Notes: generated from the letters alone by a model not told the origin. 64,000 nucleotides of DNA from Dehalococcoidia bacterium (GCA_965115825.1 OZ220464.1:2709945-2773944), one strand, 5' to 3'. Shown: positions 54,486 to 62,671, numbered from the stretch's first letter. A program made the numbers and translations.

Positions 54486-54564
54486 GGTGGGTCATTCTGA
54501 TGCTCTGACTGCGATTCCGGGGATTTAATTGTGGTTGCGTGGGAAAGGGGGGCATTGGGGGCGG

Positions 54565-55419
54565 CTATCGGGTTTGGTCGGGATGGGCGGCCAGCGCGGC
54601 CTGGTATTGCGCCGGCGTATTGATGTCGCAGAGCAGTTCCGGGGCGGCGAGTTCGACTCTTTGGGTTGTGGTTGGGCAGTTTTGGACGACGGCGCGGATG
54701 CCCTGGGTGGTTTCGGTTATGGCGAGGAGTTGCGGGTAGAGGGCGCGGCTGATGGCAATGGGGTGTCCGCCTTTGCCGTTGCAGGTGGGGATGGTAATCA
54801 GCGCGGCGGGGTTATTGAGGTGGGCGAGGAGCACTTGGCGGATGATGGCGGCGCTGCGGGGCTGGTCGACGTTGAGCAGCAGGATGGGGCCGGGCGGGAG
54901 GTGGGGAGGGTTGGAGATAGCGCGGAGGCCTGCTTTGATGGAGGTAGTTTTGCCCTGGGCGTAGTGGGGGTTGACGACACAGCGGACGCTGCCGGCCTGG
55001 TGAACATCGCGGTTGGCGCCGATGCGGGCCTGCAACTCGTCGGCTCGGTGTCCGAGGACTACGATGACTTCATCGGCGCCGGCCTGGCGCAGGGCGGTTA
55101 TCTGGTGGATGATGAGGGGGCGGCCGTGCCAGTCGAGGAGGGCTTTGAGGGATCCCATGCGCCGGGATACGCCGGCGGCGAGGAGGATGGCGGAGGTGTA
55201 TTGGGGATGGTGGATCGGAGGGTGGGTATGGGACGCGGAAGCCGGGGTAGGTTCCGCAGGTTGGCCGGGCGCGGGGTCGGGCCGGGCCGATGGGGGCTGC
55301 CGAGAGGAGGTTGCCGGGGGGCGCCGTTGGGATGACACGGGGATGTGGCTGTGGGGGTTATCGATTGGGAGGGATGGCAGGATGATGCGGATGCGGTGGG
55401 TAGTCGGGAGGGATGACAC
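54565..55419 (-). CDS. MobA-like NTP transferase (molybdenum cofactor cytidylyltransferase MocA-like) with a P-rich N-terminal extension
   Basis: AILLAAGVSRRMGSLKALLDWHGRPLI...VIVVLGH is the NTP_transf_3 N-terminus. The only in-frame start codons upstream of this block are GTG 55419 and GTG 55339, which gives a 60-87 aa P/S/H-rich extension. Confidence 0.75.
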   Translation of the reverse strand: MSSLPTTHRIRIILPSLPIDNPHSHIPVSSQRRPPATSSRQPPSARPDPAPGQPAEPTPASASHTHPPIHHPQYTSAILLAAGVSRRMGSLKALLDWHGRPLIIHQITALRQAGADEVIVVLGHRADELQARIGANRDVHQAGSVRCVVNPHYAQGKTTSIKAGLRAISNPPHLPPGPILLLNVDQPRSAAIIRQVLLAHLNNPAALITIPTCNGKGGHPIAISRALYPQLLAITETTQGIRAVVQNCPTTTQRVELAAPELLCDINTPAQYQAALAAHPDQTR

Positions 55420-55441
55420 GGGGATGCCGGTGTGGGGGTTA

Positions 55442-56578
55442 TCAGTCGGCGGTGAGGCCCATGGCGCGGTGGGCGCGGCGTTCGGCGCGTTCGAGGTACC
55501 AGTCGTCCATGGTCATGGGGCTGCCTTTGCCGCCGCGACGGGCCATGATGATTTCGGACATTATGCTTACGGCGAGTTCATCGGGTTCGAGGGCGCCGAT
55601 GTCGAGGCCGATGGGGGCGTGGACCTGGGCGAGGCGTTCTCGGGGTATGCCTTCTTGCAGCAGGCGTTGGTAAATCATGAGGGTTTTGCGTCGGCTGCCG
55701 AGCAAGCCGATGTAGCGGGCCCGGGTGGTCAGGGCGGATTCGAGGGCTACGTCGTCGAACCAGTGGCCGCGGGAGGCGATGACGATGAAGCTGTTGACGT
55801 TGATGTCCAGATGCTCGGCCCAGCCGGCGTAGGGGGTGACGATGGCGCTCTGGGCGTAAGGGAAGCGCTGGGGGTTGGAGAAGTCGGGTCGGTCGTCGAC
55901 GATATGGACGCGGTAGCCGAGGCGGTGGGCGAGGTCGGCGGTGGCTTTGCCGACGTGTCCGCCGCCGACCATTATGAGAGTTGGGGGGGTGGTGAATCCT
56001 TCGACGAAGAGCTCGGTGTGGTCGTCGATGGCGATGGATTCGTTGGCGCCGACGGCGGCGACGCGGCGACAGGCGTCGATGGCGATTTGGTCGAGTTGGG
56101 CTGTGCCGATGCTGCCGGTGATGGAGCCGTCGGAGCGTAGGAGGAGTTTGGCGCCGAGGGGGGAGGCGTCGGCGTCGGAGCGGACGATGGTGGCGAGGGC
56201 GGCGGGTTCGGCGCCGTCGTAGGCGTTGAGGAGTTCGTGTCCGATGTGGGAGAAATCGGCGGGGTTCCAGAGGGGATCCAAGTAGAAGTACATGGTGCCG
56301 CCGCAGACGAGGCCGTCGCGGGCGGCGATGTCTTCGTTGAGGTAGTAGTCTTTGAATTGCGGGCCGCCGTGGGAGCGGAGGATTTCGCGGGCGGCGAACC
56401 AGATGTCGCCTTCGACGCAGCCGCCGCCGAGAGTGCCGACGGCGCTGCCGTCCTGTCGCACGAGGAGCATGGCGCCGGCTTTTTGGGGAGTGGAGCCTTT
56501 GGTGCGAACTACGGTGGCCAGCACGCAGGGGCTGCCGGATTCCAGCTGGTTGACCGCTTCCTGAATTACGTCGCGCAC
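55442..56578 (-). CDS. XdhC/CoxI-family molybdoenzyme maturation protein
   Basis: N-terminal XdhC_CoxI block (CVLATVVRTKGSTPQKAGAMLLV..DGS..GTLGGGCVE) and Rossmann block (LIMVGGGHVGKATADLAHRLGYRVHIVDDR). Confidence 0.88.
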   Translation of the reverse strand: MRDVIQEAVNQLESGSPCVLATVVRTKGSTPQKAGAMLLVRQDGSAVGTLGGGCVEGDIWFAAREILRSHGGPQFKDYYLNEDIAARDGLVCGGTMYFYLDPLWNPADFSHIGHELLNAYDGAEPAALATIVRSDADASPLGAKLLLRSDGSITGSIGTAQLDQIAIDACRRVAAVGANESIAIDDHTELFVEGFTTPPTLIMVGGGHVGKATADLAHRLGYRVHIVDDRPDFSNPQRFPYAQSAIVTPYAGWAEHLDINVNSFIVIASRGHWFDDVALESALTTRARYIGLLGSRRKTLMIYQRLLQEGIPRERLAQVHAPIGLDIGALEPDELAVSIMSEIIMARRGGKGSPMTMDDWYLERAERRAHRAMGLTAD

Positions 56579-56648
56579 GCTGTCACCTGTTTGATGCCTG
56601 GTTGGGGTGGGTTGTTGGGGTTATTATACCTTGAAATGGGGTGGTGGT

Positions 56649-56956
56649 GGTTGTCTGAATCAGGATTTACCGGATTTTGGGATTTTCGGGATTGGGGGCC
56701 GGTTCCCGGAGTGGGGGCCGGCTTTCGGTGGGGTGACTTTGGGGTGGGTGTGGTTGTCAGAATCAGGATTTACTGGATTTTGGGATTTTCAGGATTGGGG
56801 CCGGCTCTCGGAGTGGGAGCCGGCTTGCGGAGGGGTGACTTTGGGGTGGGTGTGGTTGTCTGAATCAGGATTTACTGGATTTTAGGATTTTCGGGATTGG
56901 GGGCCGGCTCTCGGAGTGGGAGCCGGCTTTTCGGTGGGGTGACTTTGGGGTGGGCT
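56649..56956 (+). repeat. 3 tandem ~103-bp units, each starting with the dispersed core repeat
   Basis: Units start at 56649, 56752 and 56854 (GGTTGTC[TA]GAATCAGGATTTAC[CT]GGATTTTGGGATTTTCGGGATTGGGG...). They lie between the xdhC start and the 3' end of the 57016-57993 ORF. Confidence 0.9.
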
Positions 56957-57015
56957 CCGGGGTGATTGGTTGTGGGTCCGGAGCTTGGGGGTGGTGTTGG
57001 GTGTTGGGTGTTGGG

Positions 57016-57993
57016 TTAGATGCGGAGGGGTAGGGGGGTGGGTAGTTTGATGTGGAAGGTCTTTTCCAGGGCCCTCCGCCAGAGGGGGGAGAGGGTGATG
57101 AAGGCTGAGTTGGTGGTTATTTTGCGCGGCTTGGGGTGGCAGTAGCAGGGTACGGGTTCCTGGCGTAAGAACTCGTAGTGGCCGTGAGGGTCGGTTTTGG
57201 CGGCTAGTTCGTTGGGGAGGCGGAAGTGGCTGCGGATTTTGGCGAAGTTGGGTAGGCCGGTGATGTCGCGGACGGAGTAGAATGTGGGAGGGCTGATTTC
57301 GTGGGGTTTGCGGAGGTAGCGTTGGGTAGGTCGGACGGGTAGGGGTTGTCCGGCGATGATGGCGTTGGCGGCTTTGAGGAAGGCGGCGGCGCGACGGCGG
57401 AGGCGGGTCAGGGAAGTGAAGGTGTTGCGTTGGTGGTGGGTGTTGGCTTGGGTGTCGTTGATGTGGGTTACGTTTTGGCGGCGGTTGGTGTTGGCGTGGC
57501 TGGTGTCGTGGGCGGCGTCGATATGGGTGGCGTTCTGGCGGCGGTTGGTGTTGCCGTGGCTGGTGGCGTCGCTGTTTTGGCGGCGGCGGGTTTTCCCGTC
57601 GCTGTTGGCTTGGGTAGCGTCGATATGGGTGGTGTTTTGGCGGCGGCGGGTTTTCCCGTCGGTGTTGGTGTGGTTGTTGTGGTGTTTGGATTTGGGTAGG
57701 TGTGGGGAGTTGTAGATTTCGCGGAAGGTTTTGACGTGGGAGCGGCTGAGGTCTCCGTCTCTGACGTACCATCTGAGGGCGCCTTCCATTTGGCGGGGGG
57801 AGCGGTGCCAGAAGGGACGGTTTTCGGCCAGGGCCGTGGCGGAGTGGGATATGCAGCGGGCGATGGCCTGGATGGCGCGCTCGATGTTGCCTTCGGCGAT
57901 GTTGGTTTGGGCGTGTTTGAGGAACCGGTCGGCGCAGCTTTGGTGGCGCGCGATGGTTTCCGGGTCGATGGTATCCCGGTAGATGGTTTCCAT
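57016..57993 (-). CDS. hypothetical highly basic protein with an internal ~20-aa repeat region; coding strand strongly G-depleted
   Basis: AGGAGG lies 11 nt upstream of the ATG at 57993. The N-terminal ~95 aa (METIYRDTIDPETIARHQSCADRFLKHAQTNIAEGNIERAIQAIARCISHSATALAEN...) and C-terminal ~130 aa are non-repetitive and look helical/globular. The middle is (GKTRRRQN..THIDA)-type repeats. Caveat: stop codons are rare on this C/A-rich strand, so long ORFs can arise by chance. Confidence 0.45.
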   Translation of the reverse strand: METIYRDTIDPETIARHQSCADRFLKHAQTNIAEGNIERAIQAIARCISHSATALAENRPFWHRSPRQMEGALRWYVRDGDLSRSHVKTFREIYNSPHLPKSKHHNNHTNTDGKTRRRQNTTHIDATQANSDGKTRRRQNSDATSHGNTNRRQNATHIDAAHDTSHANTNRRQNVTHINDTQANTHHQRNTFTSLTRLRRRAAAFLKAANAIIAGQPLPVRPTQRYLRKPHEISPPTFYSVRDITGLPNFAKIRSHFRLPNELAAKTDPHGHYEFLRQEPVPCYCHPKPRKITTNSAFITLSPLWRRALEKTFHIKLPTPLPLRI

Positions 57994-58065
57994 TGGCTGG
58001 GTGGCCTCCTGGTTGGGTTGGTTGGTGTTTGGTGTTGTTGGTTTGGTTGGTTGGTTGGGGTTCGT

Positions 58066-58306
58066 GGGGGTTCAGGATGTCGGCGCTACGGTCTGAGAGC
58101 GTGGCTTGCTATTTACGTCCTAGTCTTGCGCGTGCTGACGGCTGCTTGGGCAGCGCTCGTCCTCGCGCAGCGGTGGTGACGCCCGCCGTGCTGGGTGCGC
58201 CAGCCGGGTAATGTGACCGACCTCCGGCGCACCTACAGTGGTGCAATGGATCCGACGTGCCGCAGAGTACTGGTTGCGGCGGTTTAGACCGTGTTATCCT
58301 GAACCC
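58066..58306 (-). ncRNA. ~240-nt highly structured element within the long 5' leader of the 57016-57993 ORF (unknown class)
   Basis: A perfect 12-bp closing helix joins GGGGTTCAGGAT (58067-58078) and ATCCTGAACCCC (58295-58306), extended by ACGGTCT/AGACCGT. Internal helices include GGTGCGCC...GGCGCACC, GCCGC...GCGGC and GCTGC-CCAA-GCAGC. It sits between the promoter at 58432-58460 and a C/A-rich linker plus SD. Confidence 0.45.
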
Positions 58307-58431
58307 CGTTGAACTCCTGTTTTAGCCTCCTGGCTGGATTTTGGTGTCGGGCTGGTGTCCTGGCCGGTGCACCGGGCTGGGACGGTATCCGGACGGTTCG
58401 CGAGGGGCCGTTGGATTAGCCTGACGGGGGT

Positions 58432-58460
58432 ATTATAGCGTACTGGCGTGCGTGGTGCAA
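58432..58460 (-). promoter_or_regulatory. near-consensus sigma-70-like promoter (TTGCAC-N17-TATAAT)
   Basis: On the minus strand, the -35 element is the reverse complement of 58455-58460 and the perfect TATAAT is the reverse complement of 58432-58437. It would start a transcript ~430 nt upstream of the ATG at 57993. Confidence 0.55.
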
Positions 58461-58466
58461 TAGGGG

Positions 58467-59000
58467 ATTGTCAGAATCAGGATTTACGGGATTTTAGGAT
58501 TTTCAGGATGGGGTTGTGGAGTGTTGCGGAGGGTGGGGTGTGGTGTTGGAGTGGGGGGTGGTGGTTGGGTTGGCGGGTTTGTTGGTGGGGGGATTGTCAG
58601 AATCAGGATTTACGGGATTTTGGGATTTTCGGGATGGGGTTGTGGGTGCGTTGCGGAGCGTGGGTTGCGGTGTTGGAGTGGGTGGATAGTGGTTGGGTTG
58701 GCGGGTTTGTTGGTGGGGGGGTTGTCAGAATCAGGATTTATGGGATTTTGGGATTTACAGGATGGGGTTGCGGGTTGTTTTGCGGAGCGTGGGTTGTGGT
58801 GTTGGAGTGGGGGGTGGTGGTTGGGTTGGCGGGTTTGTTGGTGGTGGGATTGTCAGAATCAGGATTTATGGGATTTTGGGATTTACAGGATGGGGTTGCG
58901 GGTTGTTTTGCGGAGCGTGGGTTGTGGTGTTGACGGGTTTGTTGGTGGTGGGATTGTCAGAAGCGGGATTTACGGGATTTTGGGATTTTCGGGATGGTGG
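58467..59000 (+). repeat. 4.5 tandem ~126-bp satellite units, each starting with the dispersed core repeat
   Basis: Units start at 58467, 58593, 58721, 58849 and 58953 (ATTGTCAGAATCAGGATTTACGGGATTTTGGGATTTTCGGGATGGGGTTG plus a G/T-rich remainder). Confidence 0.92.
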
Positions 59001-59114
59001 TCTGGTTAGGGAGAGGCGGTTCAGGATGGGGTTGTGGCGGGGAGGTGGTTGCGGAGGATGGGGGTGTGGGTGGTGACCGGTGGGAGGATTGGTTCGGGTT
59101 TGGGGAGCGGTGGC

Positions 59115-59503
59115 GGTGGCTCTGGGAGCGGGGGCGTTAGCACCCCTGCGCCCGCGGTCAGCGTCCTGGTAAGAGGGTGGCTCTGGGAGCGGTGGCGTTA
59201 GGCAGCGTCGCCGACAGCGCGCATGCCCGTAGAGTGGTGGCTCTGGGAGCGGGGGTTTTAGCGAATCGGTTTATTGATCGGCGCGGCGGAGTCTGTGGTG
59301 GCTCTGGGAGCGGGGGTTTTAGCCTTGTTCATAAACGGCGTTCCCGTAAGCAGCAGGATGGTGGCTCTGGGAGCGGGGGCGTTAGGAGTTGCGGGATGAT
59401 GCTGACTATCACATAGTGGGGGTGGCTCTGGGAGCTGGGGCGTTAGGCCCGCGTGGCGCGTCTTACCGAGGCTGAGATGGGGGTGGCTCTAGGGGGGCGT
59501 TAG
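59115..59503 (+). CRISPR. small orphan CRISPR-like array: 7 repeats (26 nt, consensus GGTGGCTCTGGGAGCGGGGGCGTTAG) and 6 unique spacers (34-37 nt)
   Basis: Repeats are at 59115, 59176, 59236, 59297, 59360, 59421 and 59482. The last is truncated to 22 nt and degenerate, so it is taken as the trailer end. Spacers are 35, 34, 35, 37, 35 and 35 nt and are mutually unrelated by eye. Several repeats carry 1-3 substitutions. No cas gene is recognisable in the window. Confidence 0.6.
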
Positions 59504-59584
59504 GATGGGGGTGGGGCGTGTTACACTAGACGCCAATTTTTGCTGTGGGCCGGCGGCTTTTGCGGGGCCCGAGAAGGCTTGGCT

Positions 59585-61657
59585 ATGGTTCCCCCTGATG
59601 ATTTTATTGGAGTGATGCCTGCTTGGGTCGGGGTGTATGGGCTGACTTTTGTCGTTCTTGCCGTGGCCGGCTGGGCGGTGTATTACCGCGTTTTCCGGTT
59701 GGTACTGCAAGGGACGTCGTCGGCCCGATTTGACCGTCCGTTGACGCGACTGGCGGGGGCGGTTGGCATAGTGCTGGGGCAGCGCAAGGTGCTGCAACGA
59801 GTGGGACGCACGGACCCGCGTTCTCGTCGCATTGACTTGGCCGGGATAGGGCACGCCGCTATTTTCTGGGGGTTCCTGTCTTTCAGCCTGTCCTATCTGA
59901 TTTTCATATTCGGGGGGGCGATCTGGCATCCTTTGGGGGAAACGATACTGACGAAAACCGGGGTATTGGCGTACAGCATCTACCTGGATATTCTGGCGGT
60001 AGTGGTGCTGGCGGCGCTGGCGTGGGCATTGTTCCGCCGCTGGGTGGCGCAGCCGCATCGTTTGAGCTTTGACCTGACTCGCAAGGGGGAGTCGGTGATA
60101 ATTGTGGGGCTGACGGCGGGATTGATGATAGCAACGCTGCTGACGCACGCCTGCTATGTGGCTGCCGGCGGGCAGGGGCCGGAGGCGGAGGTGATTATCG
60201 GCGGCGCGATTGGCGGATGGTTCACGGGTATGGGAATGTCGGCGGCTACGGCGTGGGCGCTGCACGGGGCGTTCTGGTGGATTCATCTGCTCATCATACT
60301 GGGTTTTGCGCTGTACATTCCGTTTTCCAAGCACATTCACATGGTGGCGGCGCCGGTTAACGCGTTTTTCCGGAACTTGGGGCCGCGGGGAGGGCTGGAA
60401 GTTCCGATTATTGACTTGGAAAGCATGGATGAAAACGCGCGGTTCGGGGCGTCGCGGGTGCAGGATTTTACCTGGCGGCAGCTGCTGGACGGGTATGCCT
60501 GCGCGGTGTGCGGACGGTGCACGGACGCCTGCCCGGCGAATGTTACGGGCAAGGTTTTGTCGCCCATGCATATTGTGGAGAATTTGAAGGAGCATATGAT
60601 AGCCATTGGGCACCAGGGGCCGCGGGACGCTACTCATGTGGAGCCGATGCCGCTGATTGACGGGGCGATACCGGAGCAGGCTATTTGGGACTGCGTGTCG
60701 TGCGGGGCGTGCATGGAGGAGTGTCCGGTGGTGGTGGAGCATATACCGACGATTATGGATATGCGGCGGAGTCTGACGCTGGAGGAATCGCGCATTCCGG
60801 AAACCGGGATGAATGCGTTGATCAGCATGGAGCAACGGGGCCATCCGTGGCGGGGCACGACGTTTGGGCGGACAGACTGGGCTGCGGGTCTGGATGTGCC
60901 CACGATTGCGGAGAAGCCCGACGCGGAGGTGCTGTTCTGGGTGGGATGCACCGCGGCGTTGGAGCAGAGGAGCCAGGGGATCGCGCGCTCGATGGTGAAG
61001 GTGCTCAAGTCGGCGGGGGTGGATTTTGCGATTCTGGGGGAGGAGGAGTCGTGCACGGGGGATCCGGCGCGGAGGATGGGCAATGAGTATCTGTACCAGA
61101 TGCTGGCGCAGCAGAATGTGGAGGTGATGAACAGGTACAACATCAAGACGGTGGTTACCATTTGCCCGCACTGTTTCAATACCATCCGCAACGAGTATCC
61201 GCAGTTTGGCGGGGACTATGAAGTGCTGCATTACAGCCAGTTTGTGGACGGGCTGATTAAGCAGGGTCGGGTCAAGCCGGTGAAGGTGATGGATGTGACG
61301 GTGGCGTACCATGATCCCTGCTTTTTGGGTCGGCACAACGGGGTTTATGATGAGCCGCGGAACGTGGCGCGTGCGGTTCCGGGTCTGCGGCTGGTGGAGA
61401 TGTCGCCGCGATGTCGGGAACGGAGTTTTTGCTGCGGCGCGGGGGGCGGCCATATGTGGATTGAGGAGAGTCAGGGTGAGCGCATCAACCACGTCCGCAC
61501 GGACCATTTTCTGGAGACCGGGGCCGACACGGTGGGGGTCTCCTGCCCATTCTGCCTACAGATGATGAATGAGGGCATCCAGTCCAAAGGGCAGGCGGAC
61601 AGCAAGGAAGCCCGGGACGTGCTGGAGTTTCTGGCGGACAGCCTGGGGGAGGACTGA
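59585..61657 (+). CDS. membrane-bound (Fe-S) oxidoreductase: NarI/DsrM-like heme-b membrane domain fused to an HdrD/DsrK-like domain
   Basis: The N-terminal ~260 aa has 5-6 hydrophobic helices. Two ferredoxin-type motifs follow (CAVCGRCTDACP; CVSCGACMEECP), then two CCG-type cysteine-rich domains (FWVGCTAA..., YHDPCFLGRH..., CCGAGGG). Confidence 0.85.
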   Translation: MVPPDDFIGVMPAWVGVYGLTFVVLAVAGWAVYYRVFRLVLQGTSSARFDRPLTRLAGAVGIVLGQRKVLQRVGRTDPRSRRIDLAGIGHAAIFWGFLSFSLSYLIFIFGGAIWHPLGETILTKTGVLAYSIYLDILAVVVLAALAWALFRRWVAQPHRLSFDLTRKGESVIIVGLTAGLMIATLLTHACYVAAGGQGPEAEVIIGGAIGGWFTGMGMSAATAWALHGAFWWIHLLIILGFALYIPFSKHIHMVAAPVNAFFRNLGPRGGLEVPIIDLESMDENARFGASRVQDFTWRQLLDGYACAVCGRCTDACPANVTGKVLSPMHIVENLKEHMIAIGHQGPRDATHVEPMPLIDGAIPEQAIWDCVSCGACMEECPVVVEHIPTIMDMRRSLTLEESRIPETGMNALISMEQRGHPWRGTTFGRTDWAAGLDVPTIAEKPDAEVLFWVGCTAALEQRSQGIARSMVKVLKSAGVDFAILGEEESCTGDPARRMGNEYLYQMLAQQNVEVMNRYNIKTVVTICPHCFNTIRNEYPQFGGDYEVLHYSQFVDGLIKQGRVKPVKVMDVTVAYHDPCFLGRHNGVYDEPRNVARAVPGLRLVEMSPRCRERSFCCGAGGGHMWIEESQGERINHVRTDHFLETGADTVGVSCPFCLQMMNEGIQSKGQADSKEARDVLEFLADSLGED

Positions 61658-61686
61658 CCAGGTGAGGGAGAGAGGCGGGCAGGATT

Positions 61687-62247
61687 ATGGCAGGGCAGCG
61701 CTCGGAACAATCTGAACAGACTGAATCGTTGTTCAACGTAACGCCGGCGCGACGGCGCGTTTATCTGGTATCGTTCGTTGCGTACAGCCTGATTGGTTAC
61801 GGAGTGGTAATATGGCATCATGCGTCCGATGGGGCAGCGGCGGTGAGTGGTGGGGACGGAGTTGCCAGTGTCAGCGCGGCGGCGATGGTTATGTCGGTTA
61901 TGCTGGGCTTTGCGATTGCCCATGCGGCGGCGCTGGGGTTGGCGTTGACAACGGCGGAAACGACGGGAGGAACTATGGTAATAGCAGATTGGCTGAGAGA
62001 GAAGTGGCTGATCCCTCTGCAAGAGCAGAGGCGGGCTGAGGGGAGAGCTGAGGGGAGAGCTGAGGGGAGGGCCGAGGGGCAGGCTGAGGGGAGAGCTGAG
62101 GGGAGGGCCGAGGGGCAGGCTGAGGGGAGGGCTGAAGGGCAGGCTGAGGCTAACCGCGCTTGGCGTGAGTGGAATCGTAGGCGCAGGGAGACGGAGGAGC
62201 GGGGTGAACGATTTGATGAGCCGGAGCCGTATGAGGATGATGAGTAG
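61687..62247 (+). CDS. small membrane-anchored protein with a (R/Q)AEG tetrapeptide repeat array and an acidic tail
   Basis: Hydrophobic N-terminal half, then GGTMVIADWLREKWLIPLQEQR. About 10 x 12-bp units (~62034-62148) encode RAEG/QAEG, followed by NRAWREWNRRRRETEERGERFDEPEPYEDDE. Confidence 0.55.
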   Translation: MAGQRSEQSEQTESLFNVTPARRRVYLVSFVAYSLIGYGVVIWHHASDGAAAVSGGDGVASVSAAAMVMSVMLGFAIAHAAALGLALTTAETTGGTMVIADWLREKWLIPLQEQRRAEGRAEGRAEGRAEGQAEGRAEGRAEGQAEGRAEGQAEANRAWREWNRRRRETEERGERFDEPEPYEDDE

Positions 62248-62410
62248 CAGTGGGTGGGAATGGGATGGGAGGGTGTCCGGTGTGCTGCTGGGGATTTTGG
62301 GACGCTTGCTGCTGTTTTGGCCTCAGGCGGGATGCGTAGGTGGGCTTGTGTGCGCCTTGCAGTTTAGGCTCGGCCGGGTTGTGTGGGCCGGCTGACTGAC
62401 TTGGGATGGA

Positions 62411-62671
62411 TTGGGCTTTGCGATTGCCCATGCGGCGGCGCTGGGGTTGGCGTTGACAACGGCGGAAACGACGGGAGGAACTATGGTAATAGCAGATTGG
62501 CTGAGAGAGAAGTGGCTGATCCCTCTGCAAGAGCAGAGGCGGGCTGAGGGGAGGGCTGAAGGGCAGGCTGAGGCTAACCGCGCTTGGCGTGAGTGGAATC
62601 GTCGGCGCAGGGAGGCGGAGGAGCGGGGTGAACGATTTGATGAGCCGGAGCCGTATGAGGATGAGGAGTAG
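62411..62671 (+). pseudogene. N-terminally truncated duplicate of 61687-62247 with only 3 tetrapeptide repeat units
   Basis: Near-identical to the 3' two-fifths of the upstream gene (GFAIAHAAALGLALTTAETTGGTMVIADWLREKWLIPLQEQRRAEGRAEGQAEANRAW...EDEE). The only start is TTG, and the first TM segments are missing. Confidence 0.5.

Noticed and set aside
56882-57772. 296-aa minus-strand ORF (P/Q/R/H/T-rich) overlapping 57016-57993 in another frame
   Set aside because: It is extreme low complexity produced by the C/A-rich strand, where stops are rare. There is no SD or start context. The overlapping frame with globular-looking termini and an AGGAGG SD is preferred, though still uncertain.
58066-58306. 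T-box-like (GCGGTGGTGACGCC on the plus strand) and B12-box-like (CACCACTGTA on the minus strand) strings within the structured leader
   Set aside because: These are only partial matches to single short motifs, the remaining conserved elements of either class are absent, and the T-box-like string is on the strand with no downstream gene.
58448-59076. Three overlapping plus-strand ORFs (127-162 aa, W/G/V/C-rich)
   Set aside because: They lie entirely within the 126-bp tandem satellite. The translations merely repeat with the DNA period in all three frames.
59489-61507. 672-aa minus-strand ORF
   Set aside because: It is antisense to the HdrD/DsrMK-like gene, which carries unmistakable Fe-S and CCG motifs. 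The translation is R/H/P/Q-rich with no recognisable domain.
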